DNA from: Candidatus Micrarchaeota archaeon
GTDB lineage: Archaea; B1Sed10-29; JAJSAI01
Length of the DNA stretch: 64,000 nt
Assembly (NCBI GenBank): GCA_964625085.1
Contig: CAZVAJ010000001.1
Coordinates: 46,387-110,386 of the forward strand
Reading direction: 5' to 3'
Shown here: in pieces, positions 18,862 to 28,891 of the stretch
Numbering within the stretch: position 1 is the stretch's first letter
How the letters are laid out: the number at the start of each line of letters is the position of its first letter
Notes under the pieces: model-generated
Database searches by the model: none
The model's input: the letters and a program-made list of their open reading frames with translations, nothing else
Told to the model about the DNA's origin: nothing
Translations under genes and position numbers: made by a program

Positions 18862-20004
18862 GTGATGAAGATGGACACTGAACATAAAATTGAACTGATA
18901 ACAAGGAACACTGAAGAAGTGCTCACTGAAAATGACCTGCAATCCTTGATAGAAACTGGAACGCCTCTAAAGCACTACATTGGGTTTGAGATCTCTGGAA
19001 TGATCCATCTCGGAACAGGGATAATGAGCATGAACAAGGTAAGAGACTTTCAAGAAGCAGGGGTAGAATGTTCTGTGTTTCTTGCTGACTGGCATAGTTG
19101 GATCAACCATAAACTGGGGGGAGACCTTGAAGTCATACAAAAAGTTGCAGGAGGATACTTCAAAGAGGGCATGAAAGCATGCCTGAAAGCAGTAGGCGGA
19201 GACCCTGACAAGGTGAAATTCGTACTCGGAAGCGAATTATACCATAACAATGATGACTACTGGAAGACGGTCATAGACGTAAGCAAGAATACTACTCTTG
19301 GCAGAATGCAGAGAAGCATAACAATCCTCGGAAGAAAAGAAGGAGAAGCCGTTGACTTTGCAAAATTAATCTACCCTGCAATGCAGGTCGCTGACATATT
19401 CATACAAGGAATAAACCTGGCGCATTCAGGGGCCGATCAGCGGAAAGCACACGTAGTAGCAAGAGAAGTTGGACTAAAACTGGAGTTCAACCCCTTGAAG
19501 AACGCGAAGGGCGAGAAAATAAAACCAGTAGCAGTACACCATCCGCTCATACTAGGGCTTGGGAAACCTCCAACATGGCCCGTTAACCCCGAAAACCTGA
19601 AAGAGGTATTATCAGCAATGAAAATGAGCAAAAGCAAGCCCGACACAGCAGTGTTCGTGCATGACACTCCTGAAGACATAAAAAGAAAGATCAACAAGGC
19701 GTTCTGTCTTGCAGGAGAGACAACATTCAATCCTGTGTTGAACTGGACAGAAAAAATTCTGTTCCAGCAAGAAAACTTCACCCTGGAAGTAGAGCGGCCT
19801 GAAAAATTCGGGGGAAACATTTCATTCAGTTCTTTCCAAGAACTTGAAAACTCGTTTGCAAAGAAAGAACTTCACCCCATGGACCTGAAAAACGCGGTCG
19901 CAAGAGAAATAACAAAAATCTTAGAACCTGTTAGAGAACACTTCGAAAAGCCGGGGCCCAGAAGGATGCTGGAAGAACTTAGAGAAATCAAGACCACAAG
20001 ATAG
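18862..20004 (+). CDS. tyrS: tyrosine--tRNA ligase
   Basis: YIGFEISG.IHLG, YPAMQVADI, DQRKAH, KMSKS, LHPMDLK. Confidence 0.96.
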   Translation: MMKMDTEHKIELITRNTEEVLTENDLQSLIETGTPLKHYIGFEISGMIHLGTGIMSMNKVRDFQEAGVECSVFLADWHSWINHKLGGDLEVIQKVAGGYFKEGMKACLKAVGGDPDKVKFVLGSELYHNNDDYWKTVIDVSKNTTLGRMQRSITILGRKEGEAVDFAKLIYPAMQVADIFIQGINLAHSGADQRKAHVVAREVGLKLEFNPLKNAKGEKIKPVAVHHPLILGLGKPPTWPVNPENLKEVLSAMKMSKSKPDTAVFVHDTPEDIKRKINKAFCLAGETTFNPVLNWTEKILFQQENFTLEVERPEKFGGNISFSSFQELENSFAKKELHPMDLKNAVAREITKILEPVREHFEKPGPRRMLEELREIKTTR

Positions 20005-20053
20005 ACCTAACGCGACATTTTTCCAGACACATGGGAAAGGTTTAATAAAGCCT

Positions 20054-20137
20054 TGGGTGTAATCTCTTCTGAGGTTACACTCAGTTCAGCTTCTTTTGGG
20101 CTTTGGGGGCTCCTCTCCCCCCAAAGTCCTGCCAAAA
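20054..20137 (+). ncRNA. putative structured RNA element (two long hairpins) between tyrS and polD
   Basis: 13-bp stem 20054-20083 and 12-bp stem 20098-20129; all three non-Watson-Crick pairs are G-U on the + strand. Confidence 0.45.
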
Positions 20138-20156
20138 ACAGTGGACAGTGTATAGT

Positions 20157-21632
20157 ATGAATGGAAGTGAGGCAGTAAACATCCTTCAGGAAAAAGGGTT
20201 TCTCCTCGCTCCAAAAACTATCGAACTCGTTCTGTCAGCCGAGAACCCTGAAGAGATAGTAAACTTAGTTCTGGAAAAGTGTTCTGGAAAAACATTCATC
20301 CTTCCAGAAGACCTAGAAGAAAAAACAAAAACCAAGATCTCTCCTGAGAAAAAAGAGCAGCCAGTTATCGTAGAAAAAGCAAAAACATTCAAACCACTTG
20401 CAGAGGAGATAGAAGCAAGAGTAGAAAAAATGTGTGACTCCGAAATCCTAAGCAGGGGCAATGTCAAAGAATTCGTGGAATACTTCCAAGACCGTTACAA
20501 TAAACTTGTCTCAGTCCTCAGGAGAAGAGGCAGCATAACAAAAGTCAAGGACATCCGGAAAAAAACCGAAAGAGAACTTAGAATTGCAGGTCTGGTCTAC
20601 GAAAAGCGAAGAACAAAAAACGGGCATCTGATGATCACAATAGAGGATGACACAGGCATGATAAACCTGCTGGTCCCGAAAAGCGATGCACAACTCATGG
20701 CCACCGCAGAAAACACTCTGCTCGACAGCGTGATTGCAGTGGACATAAGAAAAACGAACGGAAGCCTGCTAATCGCTAAAAAGATAATAGAGCCGGGAGT
20801 TATGAGGCAAGACACACCCTCTGCAGGAGAAGAAGTCATGGCGGCGGTGCTTTCTGACCCTCACGTAGGAAGCAAGCTGTTCATGAAAGAAAACTTTGAG
20901 AAGATGATCGCCTGGCTTCAAGGAAAAACAAGTCACGAGAAATATCTGAGGATAGCTGAAAAAGTAAAGTACATTGTTGTAACAGGAGACCTGGTTGACG
21001 GTATTGGAGTTTACCCAGGGCAAGAAAACGAACTGGAGTACACAGACATTTTTGAACAGTATCAAAAATTCTCAGAATACCTGCTCGAGATACCTGAATA
21101 CATCCACATCGTGATAATCCCAGGCAACCACGATGCTGTACGAACCGCTGACCCGCAGCCAGCAATACCCTTAGAACTATTACCTGAACTAAAGAATACC
21201 GGCAACATCCATCTTGGAACAAGCCCCAGCACATGGAACATTCACGGTATAAAAACACTCGTGTACCATGGGACAAGCTTTGATGACATTGTTGCCAACA
21301 TAAACAGTGCAACATACAATGAGCCTGAAACCATACTAGAAAAAGTGCTCATGACAAGACACCTACATCCATACTACGGCGGAAAACCAATAATCCCAAC
21401 AGAACACGATTCGCTTGCAATAAACGAACTTCCAAACCTCATGTTAACAGGACACATTCACAAGAATGCGTATCTGCAGAAAAACGGGTTGCTGGCAGTA
21501 AACGGAGGGACATGGCAACAGATAACACCATATCAACAAAAGCAGGGGCACAAACCAACACCCTGCCAACTGCCCGTTATAGACCTTAACAGGATGAACA
21601 TAAAAGTAGTTCACTTTGACAGGGGAGCATGA
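20157..21632 (+). CDS. polB: DNA polymerase D small subunit DP1
   Basis: OB fold, LSDPHVGSK, GDLVDGIGVYPGQ, PGNHD, YHG.SFDD, RHL.P, GHIH; ATG at 20157. Confidence 0.95.
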   Translation: MNGSEAVNILQEKGFLLAPKTIELVLSAENPEEIVNLVLEKCSGKTFILPEDLEEKTKTKISPEKKEQPVIVEKAKTFKPLAEEIEARVEKMCDSEILSRGNVKEFVEYFQDRYNKLVSVLRRRGSITKVKDIRKKTERELRIAGLVYEKRRTKNGHLMITIEDDTGMINLLVPKSDAQLMATAENTLLDSVIAVDIRKTNGSLLIAKKIIEPGVMRQDTPSAGEEVMAAVLSDPHVGSKLFMKENFEKMIAWLQGKTSHEKYLRIAEKVKYIVVTGDLVDGIGVYPGQENELEYTDIFEQYQKFSEYLLEIPEYIHIVIIPGNHDAVRTADPQPAIPLELLPELKNTGNIHLGTSPSTWNIHGIKTLVYHGTSFDDIVANINSATYNEPETILEKVLMTRHLHPYYGGKPIIPTEHDSLAINELPNLMLTGHIHKNAYLQKNGLLAVNGGTWQQITPYQQKQGHKPTPCQLPVIDLNRMNIKVVHFDRGA

Positions 21633-24600
21633 TGAACACATTGCTTGAAAGAACAGAGTGGTACTGGCAACACATGCAAGATAAAACAGAAGAAGCCTAC
21701 AAGATAGCGGGAGCAGCAAGAGCAACTGGAAAAGACGTATCAACCAAAGTAGAGATCCCTCCTGCAGCAGATCTTGCAGCAAGAGTAGAAGGACTAGTCG
21801 GACCCAAAGGAGTAGCAGAAAAGATCAGAGAACTGCTGAAAGAAAACGATAGAGACACAATGACCCTAAGGATCATAGACCTGATAGTAAAAGGGACATT
21901 TGGGAAGTATGAAACAGAGGAGCAACTGGCAGAACAGTGCATTCGAACAGGGCTCGCAATAATAACAGAAGCAGTACCTGCCGCAGCCACAGAAGGAATC
22001 TCCCACACCAAAATCCTAGACAACCCTGACGGCACAAGATGCCTTTCCGTGTACTACGCCGGACCAATAAGGTCAGCAGGAGGAACTGCTGCCGCTCTTT
22101 CAGTGGCTCTCGCAGACTACACCAGAAGAAAAATGGGCCTGCAGGAATACAGACCCTCAAAAGAGGAAGTTGAAAGGTATGTTGAAGAAATAGGATTATA
22201 CCATAACCTTGTTTCTAGGCTCCAGTACAATCCCCCTGAAGATGACATCAGACACATTGTCTCAAACTGCCCTGTTTGTGTAAGTGGAACACCCACCTCC
22301 GAACTTGAAGTAAGCGTTTACAAGAACCTTCAGAGAATGGAAACAAACAGAATAAGGGGGGGAATGGCCTTAGTAATAGCAGAAGGAATAGCCCAAAAAG
22401 CAGCTAAGCTGCTGAAGTACTCCAAAAAATTTGAGCTCGGGTGGGACTGGATAGAAGCGATAGTCAAGGTAACAAAAAAAACAGGGGAAAAGAGAGAGAT
22501 AAAACCAGTAACAAAATATCTCTCAGACATTGTGGGAGGCAGGCCCATATTCGCGTACCCCAGTCAAACAGGAGGACTCAGAATAAGGTACGGGAGAAGC
22601 AGGAACACAGGCCTTAACGCAAAAGGAGTGAACCCTGCCACGATGTACCTGACGAACGAGTTCATGGCCATAGGAACCCAACTGAAGCTCGAGCGGCCGG
22701 GCAAAGGGTGTGTCACGGTCCCTGTGAGTACTGTAGAAGGGCCCACGATCCTTCTCGACAATGGAGATGTAGTAAAAGTAAACACAGCCTCTAAAGCAAT
22801 GGAAGTAAAAGACCGCGTTGCAGAGATTCTCTTCCTAGGAGACATCCTAATAAGCCACGGAGACTTTCTCAAATCCAACCACCCTCTTGTAAAACCAGGC
22901 ATATGCGAAGAATGGTGGCAGCAGATATGTAAAGAGAGGGGTATAGGCGTTAATGACGCGTGGAACGTCAGTTCTGAAAAAGCAGTGGAACTGGCAAGGC
23001 AAGGTGCCCCAATGCACCCGAAGTACACATATTTTTACAATGCAGTGTCTTCAGACGATTTGCTTGAAATGGCAAGATGGCTCTCGAATGGCAGGATAAC
23101 AAAAATGCACGGGATTGCAGGAGAACAAAGCAGGGTACTGGAAGTAGAAGTGTCAGAAGAAAAAAGGACTCTTGAAAGAATAGGTGTACCCCACAAGCTC
23201 AGAGGAGGAAAAGTGATAATAGAAGAAGCAGGCCCTCTGATAGAAACACTCTGCCTCACGCACATCAATGATCTATCTCTTCAAGAAGAAAACGTCCTTG
23301 AGTCTTTATCAAAAGCGAGCGGCATGGAGATAATGGAAAAAGAAGGCACATTCATCGGAGCCAGGATGGGCAGGCCTGAAAAAGCAAAACCAAGAAAAAT
23401 GAACCCGCCCCCGAACCTGCTATTCCCAATAGGAAAAAACGGTGGGAAGACAAGAACACTGCTAAAAGCAGCTGAGAAAGGAGTGATCTCAGTAGAAGCG
23501 GTCAGGTTGAAATGCCCTAAGTGCGGCAGGGAAACCATGAGCTATTACTGTCATGATTGCGGAGTGAGGACCGAAAGAGTATTCACCTGCACAAAGTGCG
23601 GCAAAAAAGGAAAATCAGAAAAATGCCCTTACTGCGGAGAACACGCAATACCCTACGCCTTCTTGCCATATGACCTGAAAAAAGCTGTGAAAGACGCTGA
23701 AAACAGGTTAGGAGAAAGGACTCCTGAAAAAACAAAAGCAGTAGAAGGCTTGATAAACGGAGAAAAGATATTCGAGCCCATAGAAAAGGGAATACTGCGC
23801 GCAAAACACAATGTAGTAGTATTCAGGGATGGAACAATAAGATTTGACGCAACAAACCTTCCCCTCACGCACTTCAAACCAAGGGAGATAGGAATAAGCG
23901 TAGAAAAGGCCAGAGAAATTGGGTACACGCATGACAAAGACGGTAAGCCCCTTGAAGACCCTGACCAAGTATGCGAGATGTTCGTGCAGGACATGATAAT
24001 ACCTGCAGAATCTGCTGAATACATCCTCTCAGCAGCACAGTTCGTTGACGACCTGCTTGAAAAGTTCTATGGACTCCCAAGATACTATAACGCAGAGAAA
24101 CCCTCTGACTTGGTAGGCCATCTTGTGATAGCTCTAGCGCCCCACATCTCGGTCGGCGTTCTTGGAAGAATAATCGGGTTCAGCAGGGCCAGAGGAACCT
24201 ACGCTCATCCGTACATGCACGCCGCATGCAGAAGAGACTGCTTTTCTCCGGAGGAAACCCTCCCGGTCTACGACGGGAAAGAGTGGAAAATAGTACAGAT
24301 AGGCCCGTTCGTCGAGTCCCTGCTCTGCAGAAGAGAACCTAGAAAGACAGAGTTCGGAGACTGGGTGCTCCCGGTCGAAGGATACTATACTCTCGCCCTG
24401 AACCCCAAAACAAGAGAGTACGAGCTCAAAAGGATCACTGCTTTCTCGAAACACGTTCCCCAGGACCACATGGTGGAAATAGTCCTCTCTGACAACAGGA
24501 AAATAAGGACCACAGGAACCCACAAGTTCCCTGACCCTTCCTTTGGCAGGGTAAGAGCGCACGAGCTCGAGGAAGCATTGGTTCCGATGAAATTCAACAT

Positions 24601-26428
24601 TCCTGAAAAAGATCCTGAAAGCATAGACTTGATGAACGCAAGAATAGAAGGGCTCATGGTCAGAGGAGCTGCGGGAATCCTTAGAAAATGGGTTCAGGAA
24701 AACGGAGGGTTCACCAAAGCCTCTGAAAAAATAGGCATCCCAAGATCCACTCTCTCAGATTACTGTTACAGGGACTCAGTCCCAGCAGAACTTCTGAAAA
24801 CGCTTGGCTTGAAGGCGCCTGAAAACACAAGGGTTGGAGTGAAAAAAGATCATGTCACGCTTCCCAGGATCATCAGAGTAGACGAGCACTTGGCCAGGCT
24901 TCTCGGCTTCTACGCTGCAGAGGGCTACGCGCGGCACAGGGACAGAGAATACCAGACCGTCTTCTGCAACAAGAAACTAAAAGAAGGGGTCAAAAAAGAG
25001 CTGGAAAAGGCGCTTGGGATCCAGAAAACGTGGGAGAACGAATACGAGCTCGTGGTATCAAGCAGGATAATGTACGAGCTGTTCACGCGGGTCCTGGGCG
25101 CTGGAAAAAACGCCTACGAGAAGAGGGTTCCAAGCGTGCTTCTTGGGGCTAGAAAAGAGCTTGTCAAAGAGTTCCTCAGGGCCTACTTTGCTGGAGACGG
25201 GTGCATCTCCCGCGCAGGCAACAGATCGCCTGAAGTATCCTGCACCAGCGTCTCCAAGATGTTGCTGAGGGATATCGAATTTCTACTAGCGCGCTTCAGC
25301 ATAGCCACAAGCTGGTACGGGGCAGAACGGACTTCAAAAGGAAACGGGGTTGTGGCGTCCTGGTACTCAGAAAGGGGAAGGATCCTAACGACAAAAGAGT
25401 ACAAGCTGAGGATGTACTCTGAAAACGCCAAGAAGTTCGTGGAAGAAGTAGGATTCTGGGATCCTGACAAGAACGCTAAAGCGAGAAAAATCCTGAGCGA
25501 GGCCAGGATCAAGGGCTCGAAAGCGAGGGTGGTGGGAGAGTCTAAAATCGTGCGGGCGAAGGAGATTAGAATAACCGAGAACAAAGAACTTGCACCCTCG
25601 TACAACCTTACTGTTGAAGACCATCATAATGTAATAACTTCAGGAATCACAACCTTCCAATGTGACGGTGACGAAGACGCGTTCATGCTGTTACTTGACG
25701 CTCTCCTGAACTTCAGCAGAAGATACCTGCCAAGCTCAAGAGGCGGCACGATGGACGCGGCCATCGTGCTGACAACAAAAATAGACCCTGGAGAGGTGGA
25801 CGATCAGGTTCACGAAATGGACATAGTTTCAGAGTATCCTCTTGACTACTACCAAGCAGCGTGCAACAACCTAAACCCTTCTGACGTGAACGTGGAGCTA
25901 GTCAAAGACAGGCTGGGAACAAAAGAACAGTACTATGGAATGAAGTACACCCATGATACTGATAGGGTTGATGAGGGTCCTGTAGAATCAGCGTACACGA
26001 CCCTAAAAACAATGGCTGAAAAAGTTGAGAAGCAGCTTGAGCTAGGGGAAAAGATCTTGGCAGTTGATGAAAGGGACCTTGCCAGCAGGGTGATTAACTT
26101 TCACTTCATGCGTGACATGATGGGAAACCTAAGAGCATTTGGCCAGCAGGCCGTTAGGTGTGTTGATTGTAACAAAGTGTACAGGAGAACACCTCTTGCA
26201 GGAAAGTGCGTAAAATGCGGAGGGAGACTGGTACTGACAGTGAGCAAGGGAGGCATAGTAAAGTATCTTGAAGTCTCCAAAAACATTGCCAAAAAATACC
26301 ACCTGTCCGACTACCTGAAACAAAGGCTCATACTAATAGAAAATGATGTGAAAAGTTTCTTCGAGCTTGAAGAAATGGAAAAACGCGCAGAAGCAAAGAA
26401 ACAGAAAAGCCTGGCTGAATTCGTGTAA
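21629..26428 (+). CDS. polC: DNA polymerase D large subunit DP2 (contains one intein)
   Basis: YYAGPIRSAGGT, RYGRSRNTG, GARMGRPEKAK, DGTIRFD, catalytic CDGDED after intein removal, GNLRAF..Q..RC. Confidence 0.97.
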   Translation: MMNTLLERTEWYWQHMQDKTEEAYKIAGAARATGKDVSTKVEIPPAADLAARVEGLVGPKGVAEKIRELLKENDRDTMTLRIIDLIVKGTFGKYETEEQLAEQCIRTGLAIITEAVPAAATEGISHTKILDNPDGTRCLSVYYAGPIRSAGGTAAALSVALADYTRRKMGLQEYRPSKEEVERYVEEIGLYHNLVSRLQYNPPEDDIRHIVSNCPVCVSGTPTSELEVSVYKNLQRMETNRIRGGMALVIAEGIAQKAAKLLKYSKKFELGWDWIEAIVKVTKKTGEKREIKPVTKYLSDIVGGRPIFAYPSQTGGLRIRYGRSRNTGLNAKGVNPATMYLTNEFMAIGTQLKLERPGKGCVTVPVSTVEGPTILLDNGDVVKVNTASKAMEVKDRVAEILFLGDILISHGDFLKSNHPLVKPGICEEWWQQICKERGIGVNDAWNVSSEKAVELARQGAPMHPKYTYFYNAVSSDDLLEMARWLSNGRITKMHGIAGEQSRVLEVEVSEEKRTLERIGVPHKLRGGKVIIEEAGPLIETLCLTHINDLSLQEENVLESLSKASGMEIMEKEGTFIGARMGRPEKAKPRKMNPPPNLLFPIGKNGGKTRTLLKAAEKGVISVEAVRLKCPKCGRETMSYYCHDCGVRTERVFTCTKCGKKGKSEKCPYCGEHAIPYAFLPYDLKKAVKDAENRLGERTPEKTKAVEGLINGEKIFEPIEKGILRAKHNVVVFRDGTIRFDATNLPLTHFKPREIGISVEKAREIGYTHDKDGKPLEDPDQVCEMFVQDMIIPAESAEYILSAAQFVDDLLEKFYGLPRYYNAEKPSDLVGHLVIALAPHISVGVLGRIIGFSRARGTYAHPYMHAACRRDCFSPEETLPVYDGKEWKIVQIGPFVESLLCRREPRKTEFGDWVLPVEGYYTLALNPKTREYELKRITAFSKHVPQDHMVEIVLSDNRKIRTTGTHKFPDPSFGRVRAHELEEALVPMKFNIPEKDPESIDLMNARIEGLMVRGAAGILRKWVQENGGFTKASEKIGIPRSTLSDYCYRDSVPAELLKTLGLKAPENTRVGVKKDHVTLPRIIRVDEHLARLLGFYAAEGYARHRDREYQTVFCNKKLKEGVKKELEKALGIQKTWENEYELVVSSRIMYELFTRVLGAGKNAYEKRVPSVLLGARKELVKEFLRAYFAGDGCISRAGNRSPEVSCTSVSKMLLRDIEFLLARFSIATSWYGAERTSKGNGVVASWYSERGRILTTKEYKLRMYSENAKKFVEEVGFWDPDKNAKARKILSEARIKGSKARVVGESKIVRAKEIRITENKELAPSYNLTVEDHHNVITSGITTFQCDGDEDAFMLLLDALLNFSRRYLPSSRGGTMDAAIVLTTKIDPGEVDDQVHEMDIVSEYPLDYYQAACNNLNPSDVNVELVKDRLGTKEQYYGMKYTHDTDRVDEGPVESAYTTLKTMAEKVEKQLELGEKILAVDERDLASRVINFHFMRDMMGNLRAFGQQAVRCVDCNKVYRRTPLAGKCVKCGGRLVLTVSKGGIVKYLEVSKNIAKKYHLSDYLKQRLILIENDVKSFFELEEMEKRAEAKKQKSLAEFV
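24239..25660 (+). mobile_element. intein with LAGLIDADG homing endonuclease in DP2 (474 aa)
   Basis: Starts CFSPEE after ..CRRD, block B TTGTHKF, LAGLIDADG motifs LLGFYAAEG and FLRAYFAGDG, ends YNLTVEDHHN..SGITTFQ followed by C(DGDED). Confidence 0.93.
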
Positions 26429-26439
26429 CAGCTAATAAA

Positions 26440-27198
26440 CTAGAATCCTCCGCCGAGAAGCAGGTATATCAAAACAGCGAGCATTAAAAATATCATGGCC
26501 CACCTGAACCATGGCTTTGAAAGAATGCCTTTACCTTCTCCTTTTTTGGAGGCGGTCTTGCCAAGCACGCTGAACGTTTTCTTCAAAAGAACTGCCCAGC
26601 CCTTGGGGCTCTTCATCAGGTCAACGGTCTCTTTTAGCATGTCCTTCCATGTCTTCTCCTTGATGGGAATCTCTGACTCGTTCAGGATAACCCCGCTGAA
26701 CCCGTCAACGTCAAGCTTGTAGAATCCTGCAGGCATGGAAACGAAAACTCTCCAAACTGGCCAGTAGATTATCCTGAACCCGCTTGTCTTAACGCTTTCT
26801 TCACCAACTCCGAACTTGCCTGCAAGCCTTCTTGCAGCAGTCTCCTTTGCTTCGTCTGCTTTTATGGCTGGAGGAACTGCAATAAACTTTAAATCATGTG
26901 AAACTTTCTTCTCAAAAGAAACAGGCTGCCGGTCAAGAAGTTCTGTTATCATAGGCTGTAGTTTTCCTGAAGACGCATCCATAGCCATGGTTCCCGAAAA
27001 CCCTTGGGAAAACGTTTGGCCTTGAAGCTCTTGCTCTACAAGAACATCATAATTGAAAACATAAAAAGGAAGATAATACAGCTTAAGGCTGCTTATCTCA
27101 AAGTCTGTCCACCTCTTGCTCCTCAGGCTCTTGTCAACGGTTTCCACAACATCGTCAACAAGGTACCTGAGGACAAGGGCTGGCTTGTCAAGGATCAA
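26440..27198 (-). CDS. hypothetical protein with C-terminal TM anchor
   Basis: 252-aa ORF 6 bp downstream of sepF; two similar beta motifs (LYYLPFYVF / IIYWPVWRV); terminal hydrophobic helix. Confidence 0.75.
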   Translation of the reverse strand: MILDKPALVLRYLVDDVVETVDKSLRSKRWTDFEISSLKLYYLPFYVFNYDVLVEQELQGQTFSQGFSGTMAMDASSGKLQPMITELLDRQPVSFEKKVSHDLKFIAVPPAIKADEAKETAARRLAGKFGVGEESVKTSGFRIIYWPVWRVFVSMPAGFYKLDVDGFSGVILNESEIPIKEKTWKDMLKETVDLMKSPKGWAVLLKKTFSVLGKTASKKGEGKGILSKPWFRWAMIFLMLAVLIYLLLGGGF

Positions 27199-27204
27199 GC
27201 CCTA

Positions 27205-27555
27205 TCACTTTTTGGATATTTTTATCCTGCTCGGGGTCAAAAGGACCTTCTCTTCAGTTATCCTTGCTATATCCCCGTCCATTTCTAAAACTGCTCCTTT
27301 AAGCTCTGAGATCGCTTGCTTTAGCTTTACTGTGTTCTTTTTGTACAATGGGCTGATGTTAAGAAGGATTATATTTCCTCTCCTGAGCTCGGATGTAATA
27401 TCCTCAACATCACCTACAGATTCCAGAGTCAGGGGCTTTACCCACATATCAGCATGCTCTTCAAGAAGATCCTCTTCTTCAAGCGCAAGATTGTCCAAAT
27501 AGTCTTCTATGTCAACACTTTTGTTTGATTTTAGCTTACCCAACAGTGCAGGCAT
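27205..27555 (-). CDS. sepF: cell division protein SepF
   Basis: ELRRGNIILLNI, ISELKG....GDIARI...VLLTP; N-terminal amphipathic MPALLGKL; GGAGG SD. Confidence 0.9.
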   Translation of the reverse strand: MPALLGKLKSNKSVDIEDYLDNLALEEEDLLEEHADMWVKPLTLESVGDVEDITSELRRGNIILLNISPLYKKNTVKLKQAISELKGAVLEMDGDIARITEEKVLLTPSRIKISKK

Positions 27556-27678
27556 TGCATTACCTCCAGCTATTTTATTAGTTATTTTTTAGTCACAGTA
27601 GTTTAAAACACTTACCATAAAAAACGTTTTTATACTAGTAGTCTTATAATTCCTGTAACCTTTTTTTGGTGGGGGAAA

Positions 27679-28890
27679 ATGGATATAGAGGACCTGTTTG
27701 AAAAAGAAATGCAGAAAGACACCGTCTTTCTGGACCGGAACGTTCTAAGCCCCCATTTTGTTCCAGAAACGCTTCCCCACAGAGACAAACAAATACAAGA
27801 GCTCATGCAAAAGCTGGCTCCCTCGCTTTCGGGAAAAACAATAAGCAACATTTTCTTGTACGGAAAAACAGGCACTGGAAAAACAGTGTCCACAAAGCAT
27901 GTTATCGACAAGCTAATGGCCGTGAAAAAAAAGTACGGTGCCAGCGTAGAATGCGTTTACACCAACTGCAGAATCCTTAACACAAAATACCAGGTGATGC
28001 TTAAGGTAGCAGAATACTGCCATCCTGATGAATCGTTTCTCGGGTTCCCTTTCTCGCACCTGTTCCAAAAAATAGTGGACTACGTGCAGTCTAACTCTTT
28101 GGGCCTTATACTGGTGCTTGATGAAGTTGACAAAGTAAAAAACCTGGATGACTTGGTTTACACAATAACCCGGGCCAATGACGAGCTTGCGGCCGGCGGG
28201 ATAAGCATGATAGGCATTTCTAACAACATAGCGTTCAAGGAATCGCTTGACCCGCGGAGTAAAAGCGCTCTTTCAGAAGACGAGATAGTCTTCCCGCCGT
28301 ACAACGCAGAAGAGCTAAAAGATATTTTGGAACAGAGGGTAAAACTTGGTTTCAAGCAGGGAACGATTGACGAGTCAAGCATAAACTATGCCAGCGCGCT
28401 CGCGGCCAATGAATCAGGAGACGCCAGGTATGCCCTCAGGCTATTGTTCAAAGCCGGTGAAATAGCAGACCTGGAAGGAGCAAAAAAAGTGACTGACAAA
28501 CACGTTGAACTCGCAAGAAAAGGGGTTGAGAACGAGATAGTGTACAGTGTTGTGAAAACACTTCCAGAACACCAAAAAATCCTTCTTCATGCAATAGCCC
28601 AACTTTCTAAAGAAGGAGGACACTACGCGAGGCTTGATGGCACAACAGCAGAAAACGTGCTGTTCACAGGAGAAGTATACGACAGGTACAACAAGATCTG
28701 CAGGGTTCTTGGAAAAGAGCCCAGGACCGCGAGATGGTGCAAAGAGTACATGAACGAGCTTGAAATGCTTGGGCTCATTACCACCACCATTTCAGGAAAG
28801 GGAGTTAGAGGCAACACAACCTTGATACGGTTAGCTTATCCTGCACAGAACATCATAGACCTAATGAAAAAACAGTTTGGAGGAGAATAG
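27679..28890 (+). CDS. cdc6: Orc1/Cdc6 replication initiator
   Basis: VF.DR.VL.P...PETLPHR, YGKTGTGKT, LDEVD, LDPRSKS, FPPYNA.EL, GDARYAL, ELEMLGLI..ISGKG.RG. Confidence 0.96.
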   Translation: MDIEDLFEKEMQKDTVFLDRNVLSPHFVPETLPHRDKQIQELMQKLAPSLSGKTISNIFLYGKTGTGKTVSTKHVIDKLMAVKKKYGASVECVYTNCRILNTKYQVMLKVAEYCHPDESFLGFPFSHLFQKIVDYVQSNSLGLILVLDEVDKVKNLDDLVYTITRANDELAAGGISMIGISNNIAFKESLDPRSKSALSEDEIVFPPYNAEELKDILEQRVKLGFKQGTIDESSINYASALAANESGDARYALRLLFKAGEIADLEGAKKVTDKHVELARKGVENEIVYSVVKTLPEHQKILLHAIAQLSKEGGHYARLDGTTAENVLFTGEVYDRYNKICRVLGKEPRTARWCKEYMNELEMLGLITTTISGKGVRGNTTLIRLAYPAQNIIDLMKKQFGGE

Positions 28891-28891
28891 A

